A DNA stretch of 64,000 bases from NCBI GenBank assembly GCA_048938105.1, contig JBHLMN010000009.1, positions 1 through 64,000 on the forward strand, given 5' to 3'. The notes under the pieces are model-generated. The model saw only the letters and a list, made by a program, of their open reading frames with translations, was not told where the DNA came from and ran no database searches. The stretch comes from Promethearchaeota archaeon. GTDB lineage: Archaea; Asgardarchaeota; Heimdallarchaeia; Hodarchaeales; Hodarchaeaceae. A program made the position numbers and the translations under genes. Shown in pieces: positions 48,201 to 57,709 of the stretch (position 1 is its first letter; each line of letters begins with the position of its first letter).

Positions 48201-50184
48201 TAGCTGCATTCCAGTCTTTTTGTGCTAAGCCAATTTTTTTCTGTTTAATGAGCAAAGTATACGCTTCATCAACAGATAATTCATAGAAATCAGAAATTGA
48301 AAGTGAATGATTATCAAATCGTATCATTGCTTTAAGAACTTTGTCAGAAAAGCGTTTTGTCTCACATACATCACAGGGAATCCAGGTAGAGGGTAGAAAT
48401 CGCATTTTTACTTCAATAGCTCCCATACCTTTACAGTTTTCACACCACCCTTCTGATCGGTTGAAAGAGAAGTGTGAAGGGGAAAACCCTGTAATTTTTG
48501 AAAAGATATCACGAATAACTCCAGCTAAATTTGTGTAAGTAGCTGGATTAGAACGAGGATTTTTACCAATGGGTGTTTGATCAACTAAAACAGCTTTCAA
48601 TGATGGACCTGTTATTTCTTTACATCCAATAGGATTTAGTTCGGTTAAAGAGGCGTATAGCACATCTTCGACCAATGTACTCTTCCCACTACCACTCGGC
48701 CCTGTAATAACAGTTAGTTGGTTTATTGGTATTGATATATTAATACTCTTCAAATTTCTCAAACTAGCTTTTACAATCTTCAAAAATTGATTTGAGGGTG
48801 TACGGTACTCTGGGATCTCCACTTGATCCCTCATACTGAAGAAACGACCAGTATAACTGTTTGCTTTCCAAAGAGCGGATAATGAACCAGTAAAAGTAAC
48901 CTTTCCTCCCTCACGTCCAGCTCCAGGACCAAGATCAATTGCTTGATCTGCTGTAGCTGCAGCCACTCGATCATGTTCAACAAATATCACAGGCCCATGA
49001 AGCTGACGGAAAGCGGGAAGAAGCCTCATTGTATCAATGATACTTAAGCCAATCGTTGGTTCGTCTAATACATGAACTATATCTTCTAAACGACTGATTA
49101 GTGCGATTGCTAAACGTACTCTTTGCGACTCTCCTCGAGATAATGTCGGAGAGGAACGATTCAACGTGATGTAGCCTAATCCAACTGTTACTAACGCGTT
49201 CAATCGTCGTTGTATTTCAAAAAGTAATCGATTTGCGGAAGATGGGAGCTGTGGATCCATAAAAAGTGTCTTTGCCTCCTCAACTGATAGAGTTAACAGA
49301 TCAGGTAAGCGTAATCCTTTCCAAGTTACCATCAGAGTTTCAGGGTGTAAACCTACATTCTGACATCGTTTACACCCTTCTCCCTTACAATATGGACATG
49401 ACATATTGAAAAGAGAGGATTTTATTTCCCCTATCCATGTACCACAAGTAGAACAGCTATTTGTAAAAGAATACATCAATTGATCTTGTTGGTTGATATC
49501 AGATCGAACATGAACAGCATTGGCCCCTAGGGCTATGATCTTCTGAATGTGTACTCGGAGTTCTCTTGGTGAAACTGAATCATCTATTGCAGCTATTTCC
49601 ACTTCGATATCATGAACCTTGAAAGGATCTAAATCTTCAAAATGATAGGGATGACCATCTATAATCAGAGCTTTTTCCCCAAATTCAGTAAGAAGAGTAT
49701 CAAGTAAAGTTTTATGAGAACCCCTGACTTGTTTAACAATCGGCGCATACAGTTTCAAAGTATTATTTTTAACCTGTTGGCTTATTTGATCTACAACCTC
49801 ATCTTCTGAGTAAATAATGATCTTATTCGTACATTTAGGACAAGTTCGTTGGCCAAAATTAGTATAAAGTATTCTTAGAAAGGGATGAAGTCCTGATGCT
49901 GACGCGAGAGTTGATAGAGGGTTTCTGTTGAGAATATTTTGTTCTATTGCGATTGTGGGGCCTAAACCAGTGATTTTGTGAACTTTAGCTGGAGCTAATC
50001 GTGGTTTAGACCCCCTAGTGAATATTTCGGAAAATCGTCGGCGAGATTCGTGATATAATGTTGAGAAAACGAGCGAACTCTTACCACTTCCAGAAATACC
50101 CGTGACAACAGTTAATCCGTCTCCAAATTCAACATCAACATTTTGGAGATTATTTTCATTCGCACCTTGGATTTTAATTTTCAC
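45283..50184 (-). CDS. uvrA: Double-length UvrA-family ABC ATPase
   Basis: Four Walker A motifs (GISGSGKS, GPSGSGKS, GVSGSGKS x2), LSxGExQR signatures, DEP motifs, CxxC zinc clusters, GPGAG..GG. Confidence 0.88.
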   Translation of the reverse strand: MKIKIQGANENNLQNVDVEFGDGLTVVTGISGSGKSSLVFSTLYHESRRRFSEIFTRGSKPRLAPAKVHKITGLGPTIAIEQNILNRNPLSTLASASGLHPFLRILYTNFGQRTCPKCTNKIIIYSEDEVVDQISQQVKNNTLKLYAPIVKQVRGSHKTLLDTLLTEFGEKALIIDGHPYHFEDLDPFKVHDIEVEIAAIDDSVSPRELRVHIQKIIALGANAVHVRSDINQQDQLMYSFTNSCSTCGTWIGEIKSSLFNMSCPYCKGEGCKRCQNVGLHPETLMVTWKGLRLPDLLTLSVEEAKTLFMDPQLPSSANRLLFEIQRRLNALVTVGLGYITLNRSSPTLSRGESQRVRLAIALISRLEDIVHVLDEPTIGLSIIDTMRLLPAFRQLHGPVIFVEHDRVAAATADQAIDLGPGAGREGGKVTFTGSLSALWKANSYTGRFFSMRDQVEIPEYRTPSNQFLKIVKASLRNLKSINISIPINQLTVITGPSGSGKSTLVEDVLYASLTELNPIGCKEITGPSLKAVLVDQTPIGKNPRSNPATYTNLAGVIRDIFSKITGFSPSHFSFNRSEGWCENCKGMGAIEVKMRFLPSTWIPCDVCETKRFSDKVLKAMIRFDNHSLSISDFYELSVDEAYTLLIKQKKIGLAQKDWNAAKRILTALRDVGLGYLPLGQPSPTLSGGEAQRVKLAKYLGMRSLKERLILLDEPSTGLHPYDVSRLLFVLDKLVRTGATIVVVEHNSDFIRAADWIIDLGSGAGPEGGNLIFAGSPKELFKARESVTTKGLQYEDSIKPIKEEIQCESKVESIRIENATANNLKNVSIEFPKGIITVVTGVSGSGKSSLIGDVLKSEAERRFLETLSLYERQGFREGPEAPVDSITGLGVTISIDPRRIGRWYNYRSTVGLITEISHHLTILMSNFGEYQCSNCNTLCKRNLHEWFCPNCNLSFPIPEAKYFSTSNYASACKKCHGVGTLPIPKPEKLIIHPDKPLCKGAMYSPGFFPKGYLCKKYNGGYYVVQALAKRHNFDPMTTPWNEMTPEAQNAFLYGESKPLKVTFESRSRLGTYDRTIQFPGFYGWIGDWDVGGTYSSTVTCSECNGARLRPEYLTITLGGYNIYDLTEMPFKQLLEVLQDLELPNIDKNIAQYSLETIVHRLGFLNQVGLGYINASRIIMTLSAGEAQRIRLAGLLGSNLTSLTVLLDEPTRGLHPSEIDGLLNALTRLRDDNNTIIVIEHDPQVIKAADHVIDIGPGPGTEGGTIVAQGTLGEISQADTITALWLRGKRRFTRPKKYEKFRTSKRWLRLRGAREHNLKDVNLEIPLGVLVGICGVSGSGKSTLLIDILSRILVPKKHTTSVAYEPINPGEYDSIEGAPSRAMIIDQSKHNVSSPFTYFNLRKPLYSLYAESDDAKALGLDEKQLFQGCSACKGRGRIRMDMGFLPDVFTSCDTCQGTGLTAEAWMVRLYGYTLPELFDLTLNQIYDLFKSDDRISRPLKSAKNVGLGYLLLRQPRIHLSGGECQRLKIAKELSRKKLKLEKSTMYILDEPTVGQHLHDVSRLLKVLQHLVDEGNSVVVIEHHPHVLAACDWLIELGPVGGPEGGYIVAADTPLKVAEGDTPTAEYLRPVLEGQL

Positions 50185-50511
50185 TTTGGTACCACTGTCA
50201 CGGAATTAATTGTATTTATTCAATAATATTAAGTTACATCAAAATATTTCCAAATTAAGGATATTAATCTACAGAGTTAATAGAATTCAAATTCATTTTT
50301 TAATCATCGGAAAAGATTAATTAAAATTCAAACTCAGTATGCTAATCTAATTTCGATTAAGAATTCATATTAAAACTACTTTGCTTCATTGATTTACCAA
50401 TAATTAAAAGAAGACTGAGTAACAGGAGACGCTATCTCTTCTACAGCTTGTTGTAGCTGGGTGACCTTCGATATATTATGTTCTCTCTCTCAATTAGATA
50501 ATACTACAGAT

Positions 50512-50554
50512 TGGATAGGTCTTGAACCTCGAACCCCATTCAAGGCCTATACCA
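50512..50554. other. Stem-loop (about 15-bp stem, 12-nt loop) in the uvrA / beta-helix intergenic region
   Basis: tggataggtcttgaa-cctcgaacccca-ttcaaggcctatacca; one G-U pair and one bulge. Confidence 0.5.
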
Positions 50555-50800
50555 GAAGAAAAAAACGATTTTGAATTTTAGGATACGTAGAAACACACCT
50601 GTATATATGAAGAGGAATTTCACTATATGCCGTAATTTCATATATATTTCTCCTCACAAATGATTCTAAGAAGAGTAGTTTTGATTAAAAATAACAAGCG
50701 TAATTAGAATCATTGGTAATTGGGCATGGCCAAAAATTTTTTAAAATGGCCACTAGAATAGCAGTAAGATTATTCACAAAAAAAGCACTATTTAGAAAAC

Positions 50801-53251
50801 TTGATTAGAAGGTCCAAAAAAATGAAAAAAAGAGAACAAGTATTATTTTTTTTATTAATTTCACTGATTTTCATTAGTTATAAAGGGACTGGAGTACAAT
50901 TATCTCCAGAGAACGTTACTGAATCCTCATTAAATGAAATAATAAGTTCAGTTCAATTAGAGGATCATGATTCTATCGTGATTGATGGAAACGCTGACTT
51001 TTCTTCGCAAGCAGGTACTGAAGGGTGGTCAGGTGATGGTTCTCCAAGTGATCCCTATAATATATCGTACTTAAGTATTAGTGGTTATATCAAAATTAGC
51101 AACGTTGATGCTCATTTTACAATAAAAAATTGTCTTATCGATGATGCCTATGATGGAATATTTCTTTCTAATGTAAAAAATGCCCAGATATATAACAATA
51201 CTATTTCTAATCATGTTGACGATGGAATTGAGATGGATTTTTCTTCCAATAACAGTATTTACAATAATTCTATCATTAATAACGGCTGGTTTGGCATTTA
51301 TTTAACAAATTCCTCGATTAATAACAGTATTAGCAATAACATCATTAATAGTAGTGTTAAGGATGGAATAACATTAGATTCTTATTCCAATAATAACACC
51401 TTAACCAATAATACAAACATTAACAATAATGGAGGGATTCTCCTGTGGTATTCCGCAAATAACATTGTTACCAATAATAATCTTTCTATCAACGATAATC
51501 AAGGGATCGAGCTCTATCATTCCTCTAATAACAGTTTTATCAATAATACTATCAGTAACAACAATGAAGCTGGAATCTATTCAACAAGTAGCTCGAACAA
51601 CAGTTTTATCAATAACACTATAAGTAACAACTATGAAGATGGAATTTACTTTTCAGGTGGCTCAAATAATAGTTTTATCAATAATTCGATTATAAATAAT
51701 GATTATGGAGTGTACCTGCATTCCTCCAAAACTAATAGCTTTATCAAAAATACGATTTCTAACAATATGAGAGACGGAATTCGTTCGTATTGGTCCAGTA
51801 ATAATAATACGATAAGTATGAATATAATCAGTAACAACCATGAAGACGGAATTGGCGTACATCAATCAAGCAATACCTGTATTAAGAATAATACTATCAC
51901 TAATAATTACGATGATGGAATTTATCTCGATAGATCCCCTAATAATTATATTAAAGGCAACAATATGACAAGTGGTGGATTATATGTAGTTGGATTCTCC
52001 ATTGAATATTTTATGCAAGCGGAAGTTGTTGATAATTTAGTAAACTCGAAACCACTAGTTTACTGGCAAAATATAAACGAGGGAGTTGTACCTGCGGGTG
52101 CAGGTCAAGTTATTCTTGTTAACAGCAAAGATGTAACTATTAACAACCAAAATTTGTTGTACACCGCTGTTGGGGTACATTGCTTCCTTTGCCAAGAATT
52201 AAATATCACCAATAATACAATCAGTAACAATAAATTCGGGATTATCTTGTATAATGAATTTGATGTGTCTGCGAATAATCTTATTACCAATAACACGATC
52301 ATAAATAACAATGAAGGGATATATACCTATGAATCTACTAATAACTATATAACTGATAACACTATCAATGATAACAATGAATTCGGGATTTATTTGTATG
52401 CATCCTCTCGAAATAACGAAATTTCCATTAACATCGTTGATAACAATGATGTTGGAATTTATTTGTCTTCGGACTCCAATGAGAATCATGTTTCTGATAA
52501 TACCATCAGTAACAACATTGATGTCGGAATCTTCGTGTATAATTCCTATGGTAATAGTATTACCAGAAATAGATTTATCAATAATAATCCCAGTGGTGAT
52601 TCTCAAGCTAATGATTCTGAATCTACCGATACTAGTTTTATAGCCAATTATTGGTCAGATTGGACTAGTCCCGATTCTAACAACGACGGCATTGTTGATA
52701 ATCCATATCCCATAGCTGGAGATACAGCTAACGAAGATCCTTCCCCCATAACCAATATTGAAGGGCATTTTCTTATAGCACCCACAATTACAAGAATTAG
52801 CACCAGTGTTGGCAATGTTAATGTCCAATGGACGGCAGCTGTAGACTCCTTAGACCATGTTGTAACATATAACGTCTATTATTCAGCTGATGACGGCACT
52901 ACTTGGATATTAATTGTTAATGGGTTATCAGCTACCAGTCATAACTGGGATACTACGTCAATGGCTGATGACACTATTTATATGATCAAAGTGCTAGCAA
53001 ACTGCTCCCACGGCTTAACTACTGAAGTTATTTCAGGTGGTTTTTCCATCAATAACAGTATACCGACAACAACAATGGAATCAACCCCTGAAACATCAGA
53101 AAAGAAAACTGAGACATCTTCGAGTGAAACTTCAAGTGAAACCAAAGATGGAGCTCCAACAACTTTCCCTGGTGAAATGCTATTATTAACCGTGCTAATA
53201 GGGGTACTAAACAAAAGAAGAAGAAAAAAGAAAGGAAAATTGGAGGTTTAA
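50801..53251 (+). CDS. NosD-like right-handed beta-helix surface protein with FN3-like domain and C-terminal anchor
   Basis: Many Asn-rich PbH1 repeats (GIYL..S.NN.I.NN.I.NN), NYWSDW, V.WTAA.D...V.YNVYYS; S/T/E linker; TM plus KRRRKK. Confidence 0.88.
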   Translation: MIRRSKKMKKREQVLFFLLISLIFISYKGTGVQLSPENVTESSLNEIISSVQLEDHDSIVIDGNADFSSQAGTEGWSGDGSPSDPYNISYLSISGYIKISNVDAHFTIKNCLIDDAYDGIFLSNVKNAQIYNNTISNHVDDGIEMDFSSNNSIYNNSIINNGWFGIYLTNSSINNSISNNIINSSVKDGITLDSYSNNNTLTNNTNINNNGGILLWYSANNIVTNNNLSINDNQGIELYHSSNNSFINNTISNNNEAGIYSTSSSNNSFINNTISNNYEDGIYFSGGSNNSFINNSIINNDYGVYLHSSKTNSFIKNTISNNMRDGIRSYWSSNNNTISMNIISNNHEDGIGVHQSSNTCIKNNTITNNYDDGIYLDRSPNNYIKGNNMTSGGLYVVGFSIEYFMQAEVVDNLVNSKPLVYWQNINEGVVPAGAGQVILVNSKDVTINNQNLLYTAVGVHCFLCQELNITNNTISNNKFGIILYNEFDVSANNLITNNTIINNNEGIYTYESTNNYITDNTINDNNEFGIYLYASSRNNEISINIVDNNDVGIYLSSDSNENHVSDNTISNNIDVGIFVYNSYGNSITRNRFINNNPSGDSQANDSESTDTSFIANYWSDWTSPDSNNDGIVDNPYPIAGDTANEDPSPITNIEGHFLIAPTITRISTSVGNVNVQWTAAVDSLDHVVTYNVYYSADDGTTWILIVNGLSATSHNWDTTSMADDTIYMIKVLANCSHGLTTEVISGGFSINNSIPTTTMESTPETSEKKTETSSSETSSETKDGAPTTFPGEMLLLTVLIGVLNKRRRKKKGKLEV

Positions 53252-53289
53252 TCCAATCGATTTCCTTTATTTTTTTAAGAATCTCCTAT

Positions 53290-54624
53290 TTATATAACTG
53301 ATTGAGTGATTGGAGTAGCAATTTCCTTAACGATTTGTTTAAGCTGTAAAACATGGGATTGAGTGTGGGCCATTGAGAGAGATCCCAAGCCGTGTAATCC
53401 CAACACTCCTCGATTGAATAACGCTAACTGGAGTAAAGATTCACGCTTTCTATCAGTTAATTGGATTATTTCTTTAATTTTCGGTTCCTCCATCCATTTT
53501 GACATGATATGAAGCATGATGATCGATTTATATCCAGCGGCTACGATTGATAATTCTTTTTCTTCAAAGAATTGATTTAATTCCTGTCTAAGTTTTGTCC
53601 CTTCGCTATTAATCCGTTGGTATTCTTTGGATCTTTTCAAAATTTCTAATGTCTTTAATCCAGTAGCCATACTGAGGGGATAACCAGAAAAAGTTCCACC
53701 ACCAATCAACACTTGATTCTGTGTCTGTGGAGTTGCTAACGCAATAATTTCTTTCTGCCCACCAATTGCACCAATGGGTAAACCTCCTCCAATGATCTTC
53801 CCCATGGTAGTTAGATCGGAGTAAATTTGGAGATCATTTTGGAAAAGTCCATAAGAAAAACGATATCCTGTGATAATTTCATCAAAGATTAATAAAGCAC
53901 CGCACTTTGTAGTTTCTTCCCGTAATCTCTTCAGGAAGTTAAGTTCAACAGGAAAACCACCTCCCCCTCCTAGAATAGGCTCTAAAATTACGGCAGCGAG
54001 ATTAGTACCATTTTTCTGAATAAAATCAAATATCTCATTACTATTAATTGGAAAAGTAACTATACCTGCTTCATCTTTATTCAAGATTCCAGGAGTATCC
54101 TTTCCTACCATCAATCCACCCACATCATAAAACAAGGTGTCATTCGCTCCGTGCCATCCAAGTTTTGCCTTTGCTATTATCCTTCTTTTTGTAAACGCTC
54201 GAGCTAACCTAGAAGCATACATAGTCGCTTCCGTCCCACTGGTACAAAACCGAATTTTTTCAATACTTGGGTTATCACGAATTATTGTTTCAGCTAGTTC
54301 TACCTGATTTTCAGTGTTAGTTCCAACGTGCCATCCGTGTCTCGACCGCTCTGCAATTACTTCTTGAACTTCAGGATGATTGTGACCTAGAATCATGGCG
54401 AAATGACCATTCCAGCAATCAATATACTCATTTCCATCTACATCCTTTATTTTGGCACCTTTAGCTGAATCAATAAATGGTGGAAAAGCACCAATAGAGG
54501 GAAGACCAAAGTTACGGATATTATGAGAAATTCCCCCTGCTAGCATTTGATTTGCCTTTTCCCATAATTGTTTAGATCTGGGTCTATTCTCATGATAAGT
54601 TTCCAGCTCTTCTTTCATAAGCAT
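53290..54624 (-). CDS. hemL: Glutamate-1-semialdehyde 2,1-aminomutase-like class III aminotransferase
   Basis: DVDGNEYID, ILGH, RFCTSGTEATM, FDEIITGYR, GKIIGGGLPIGA, GTFSG. Confidence 0.75.
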   Translation of the reverse strand: MLMKEELETYHENRPRSKQLWEKANQMLAGGISHNIRNFGLPSIGAFPPFIDSAKGAKIKDVDGNEYIDCWNGHFAMILGHNHPEVQEVIAERSRHGWHVGTNTENQVELAETIIRDNPSIEKIRFCTSGTEATMYASRLARAFTKRRIIAKAKLGWHGANDTLFYDVGGLMVGKDTPGILNKDEAGIVTFPINSNEIFDFIQKNGTNLAAVILEPILGGGGGFPVELNFLKRLREETTKCGALLIFDEIITGYRFSYGLFQNDLQIYSDLTTMGKIIGGGLPIGAIGGQKEIIALATPQTQNQVLIGGGTFSGYPLSMATGLKTLEILKRSKEYQRINSEGTKLRQELNQFFEEKELSIVAAGYKSIIMLHIMSKWMEEPKIKEIIQLTDRKRESLLQLALFNRGVLGLHGLGSLSMAHTQSHVLQLKQIVKEIATPITQSVI

Positions 54625-54772
54625 AAAAAAACCTTCAAATCTTACAATATTGATACTTAAATCTCTTTAAATTAGTTTCAATTGTACTCATCACTTTTCT
54701 GACAAATATTTTCTGTGAATATTAATTTAAAGTGTATTGTGATAACGAATAAAATTAAGGGAGTCCTTAGCT

Positions 54773-55099
54773 ATGATCCCAAAAATTACAGTAGAAGATG
54801 AGATGAGGAAAATAGAAAAACCCTGGAGCCCAGTAGAGATTGCTAGGGTTAACGATCAAGTTATTCGCTTAGCTATGTTCAAAGGTACTTATCCAATGCA
54901 TAAACATTCCAATGAGGATGAATTATTCTATGTTTTAAGAGGGACTATAGCAATACAAATAGAGAACGACCAACCTCTTGTTCTCAACCAAGGAGATCTA
55001 GCAGTAATTCCCAAAGGGTTAAACCACAGTCCTACTAGTGAATCCGAGAGTTATGTACTTATGTTTGAACCTCTTGCTTTGAAAAGTAGTGGAGATTAA
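54773..55099 (+). CDS. Cupin domain protein
   Basis: HKHSNEDELFYVLRG, IPKGLNHSP. Confidence 0.9.
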   Translation: MIPKITVEDEMRKIEKPWSPVEIARVNDQVIRLAMFKGTYPMHKHSNEDELFYVLRGTIAIQIENDQPLVLNQGDLAVIPKGLNHSPTSESESYVLMFEPLALKSSGD

Positions 55100-55146
55100 C
55101 CAATTTTTTTTATGCATTTAACCTTTATTCAAATAGTGAATTAAAA

Positions 55147-56418
55147 ATGGGCTTAGATGAAACCTTCTTTGAATTGATAGATAAAGTAAACAGTGCATTA
55201 GACAATACAGCAGAAATTAAAGCAAGGAAATATGCACTTGATCTTATTACAAATCAAAAATACTATTCACTAGAAAAAATCCCTAAAGATGAATTAAAGG
55301 GAGAACTCCGCCAAATTCGGCAAATATGGGTCGAAAAACTACCTGAATTAGTAGAGAGAGCTAATAAGGGATTAATTTCAGTTGGCTGCGAAGTCTTCTA
55401 CGCAGATACTCCTAATGATGCCCTCCATTACATAGAGAAAATTGTGGGAACCAATAAAATTGTTGTGAAGTCAAAAACTAATGCAGGGTCAGAAATAGGC
55501 CTCGTGAAACATCTCGAATCACTCGGGAATGAAGTCATTGAGACTGATCTCGGTGATCGAATCGTTCAAATGCGGAAGGAAAGAGGTAGCCATCCAATTG
55601 CTCCAGCTATTCATATCTCCAGAGAAGAGATAGCTACTCTTTTTGGTCTCCCATCAAATTCCACTGTTGATGATATTATTGCTCTAGCACGAGGAGAAAT
55701 TCGTGATTATATTGTTAATGCTGATATTGGGATTTCTGGCTGTAATGTTCTTGCAGCCAGAGAAGGTGCAATATTCCTATGCGAGAATGAAGGAAATATT
55801 CGATTTATATCGAATGCGCCTCCAATACACATTGTTATTTGCCCTCTGAATAAGATCGTCCCAGATATTGCCACTGCATTTACGCAAATCCGATTACTAA
55901 GCGTTTACGCAACTGGGCAAATTACTCCAGTGTATTTATCTATGATTTCAGGCCCAAGTAAAACAGGTGATATTGAATTTGATGTGAGGAATGGAATGCA
56001 TGGGCCAAAAGAAGTTCATGTAATATTTGTCAACAACCATCGAATAGAAGCAAGTAAAGGGCCACTTAAAGAATCCTTGATTTGCTTAGGGTGTGGATCT
56101 TGTATTAATGAATGTCCTGTATATGAAAACCTAGGAATCGCCTTTGGGGGGCCTACATATATTGGTCCCATTGGGATTGTACATACAGCGGTTTTAAATG
56201 GAATTCAAACTGCTGTAGAATCTGGATTAAATTTCTGCACGATGTGTAAGAGATGTGGGGATGTTTGCCCAGTAGATATTCCTATACCTGATCTCCTCAA
56301 ATATATAAGGGATTGTGCAACAAAGGAAGGATTACTTTTACCTCCATTAGCTGATATCGAAAAAAGAGTAGAAGAATCTGGTAATCCTTTTGGTAGACAA
56401 AATCCAAAAGAGAGGTGA
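55147..56418 (+). CDS. LUD-domain / 4Fe-4S protein (LutB/LldF-like)
   Basis: KSK, ETDLGD.IVQ, HPIAPAIH, ENEGN, GPS.T.DIE, GP.E.H, CxxCxxCxxxCP x2. Confidence 0.88.
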   Translation: MGLDETFFELIDKVNSALDNTAEIKARKYALDLITNQKYYSLEKIPKDELKGELRQIRQIWVEKLPELVERANKGLISVGCEVFYADTPNDALHYIEKIVGTNKIVVKSKTNAGSEIGLVKHLESLGNEVIETDLGDRIVQMRKERGSHPIAPAIHISREEIATLFGLPSNSTVDDIIALARGEIRDYIVNADIGISGCNVLAAREGAIFLCENEGNIRFISNAPPIHIVICPLNKIVPDIATAFTQIRLLSVYATGQITPVYLSMISGPSKTGDIEFDVRNGMHGPKEVHVIFVNNHRIEASKGPLKESLICLGCGSCINECPVYENLGIAFGGPTYIGPIGIVHTAVLNGIQTAVESGLNFCTMCKRCGDVCPVDIPIPDLLKYIRDCATKEGLLLPPLADIEKRVEESGNPFGRQNPKER

Positions 56419-57125
56419 ATACGATGAGGAAAATTCTTCTATTTCATGGCTGTATGAATCGTTTTATGACTCCCCAAATTTCTAATGCAACTGAAAGAAT
56501 ATTGATAGAAGCAAAAATCGATTATCTTAATCTAAAAACTGAACAATGTTGTGGATTCATCTTATATGAGAATGGTCAACAGAAAGCAGCTATAAAACTA
56601 ATGAAGATGAATCAGGAGATCTTTTCTAATCAGGACATTGATACCATTATTACAAGTTGCCCCACATGTGCTTATATCTTCAAAATTCATTATCCAGAGT
56701 ATTTATCTGATTTTAACTATGATGTTTTACATATTACAGAGTTATTCGCAGAACTAATTGAAGAGAAAAGAATTGATGTCCATAAGAAGAAAGATGTTGC
56801 TGTTACATTTCATGACCCTTGTCACCTTTTACGGGGCCTCAAAATTTTTGAAGAACCAAGAAAGATTCTAAATGCAATACTAGGTCAAGAAATTAGAGAA
56901 ATGGAGCATACTCGTGAAGCATCTAAATGTTGTGGGGCTGGAAGTGGAATGCGCCTTTCATTTAGTCGTATAGCGCAAACCTTAGCACAGGATCGAATCT
57001 CAGAAGCAGAAAATACTGGTGCTAGTGTATTGGTAACTTCCTGTCCAACCTGCATGCTACATCTTCAAGAAAATGCAAGAAAAATTAAAGTAATAGATAT
57101 CGCGGAAGCAATTCTTGATCTTTGA
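56415..57125 (+). CDS. CCG-domain (Fe-S)-binding protein (LutA/GlpC-like)
   Basis: FHGC, QCCG, SCPTC, FHDPCHL, CCGAG, SCPTC. Confidence 0.88.
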   Translation: MNTMRKILLFHGCMNRFMTPQISNATERILIEAKIDYLNLKTEQCCGFILYENGQQKAAIKLMKMNQEIFSNQDIDTIITSCPTCAYIFKIHYPEYLSDFNYDVLHITELFAELIEEKRIDVHKKKDVAVTFHDPCHLLRGLKIFEEPRKILNAILGQEIREMEHTREASKCCGAGSGMRLSFSRIAQTLAQDRISEAENTGASVLVTSCPTCMLHLQENARKIKVIDIAEAILDL

Positions 57126-57172
57126 AAAAGATGGTTATATTCATGGAAAGAATTTGATATTAGTGATTAGAT

Positions 57173-57676
57173 ATGAAATCGGAAAGTCAGAAATTAAGTG
57201 TTAGCCTGATTTTATCACAGGAATTTAAGAATAGTTGGAATATTCTACGTCAAGCAATTGAAAACATTACTGAGGAACACTGGCTGGAAATGGTGAATGA
57301 ATGGTCGTTTTCATTGACTGTCTATCATATTATCGAAACAGCTGAATTTTATAGCCGTAATACACCTGAAGGAATGGAATGGGGAAAAATAGCAGGGTTT
57401 AATTATGAAACTGATACTGATGAAATGAAAATTCAAAAGCAAGCAAGGATTACAAAAGAACTCCTATTAGATTATCTTGCCGAAATTGAAGAGCGAATTA
57501 CAAATTATTTTGAAAATACTCGTGATGAAGACTTATTTGAAAAAGATGGATTCGATCCACATCTAAAAAGTATCTTAGAAAAATTGCTATACTTACTCAG
57601 ACATAATATGCACCACATAGGAGAATTAAACAAAGCCCTAAGGGACTGGAATTGTCAACGAATAAATTGGATTTAA
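57173..57676 (+). CDS. DinB/YfiT family protein
   Basis: YHI..T..FY and LRHNMHHIGEL metal-binding His motifs. Confidence 0.8.
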   Translation: MKSESQKLSVSLILSQEFKNSWNILRQAIENITEEHWLEMVNEWSFSLTVYHIIETAEFYSRNTPEGMEWGKIAGFNYETDTDEMKIQKQARITKELLLDYLAEIEERITNYFENTRDEDLFEKDGFDPHLKSILEKLLYLLRHNMHHIGELNKALRDWNCQRINWI

Positions 57677-57709
57677 CTAAAGATAAATATTCTGAAGGAA
57701 ATAGAAACA

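Noticed and set aside
50500-50560. tRNA gene (GGTTCGA / GGTTCAA on the minus strand)
   Set aside because: No cloverleaf could be built; the motifs lie in a single hairpin
51100-52620. Asn-rich low-complexity DNA repeats
   Set aside because: Explained by the beta-helix (PbH1) coding repeats
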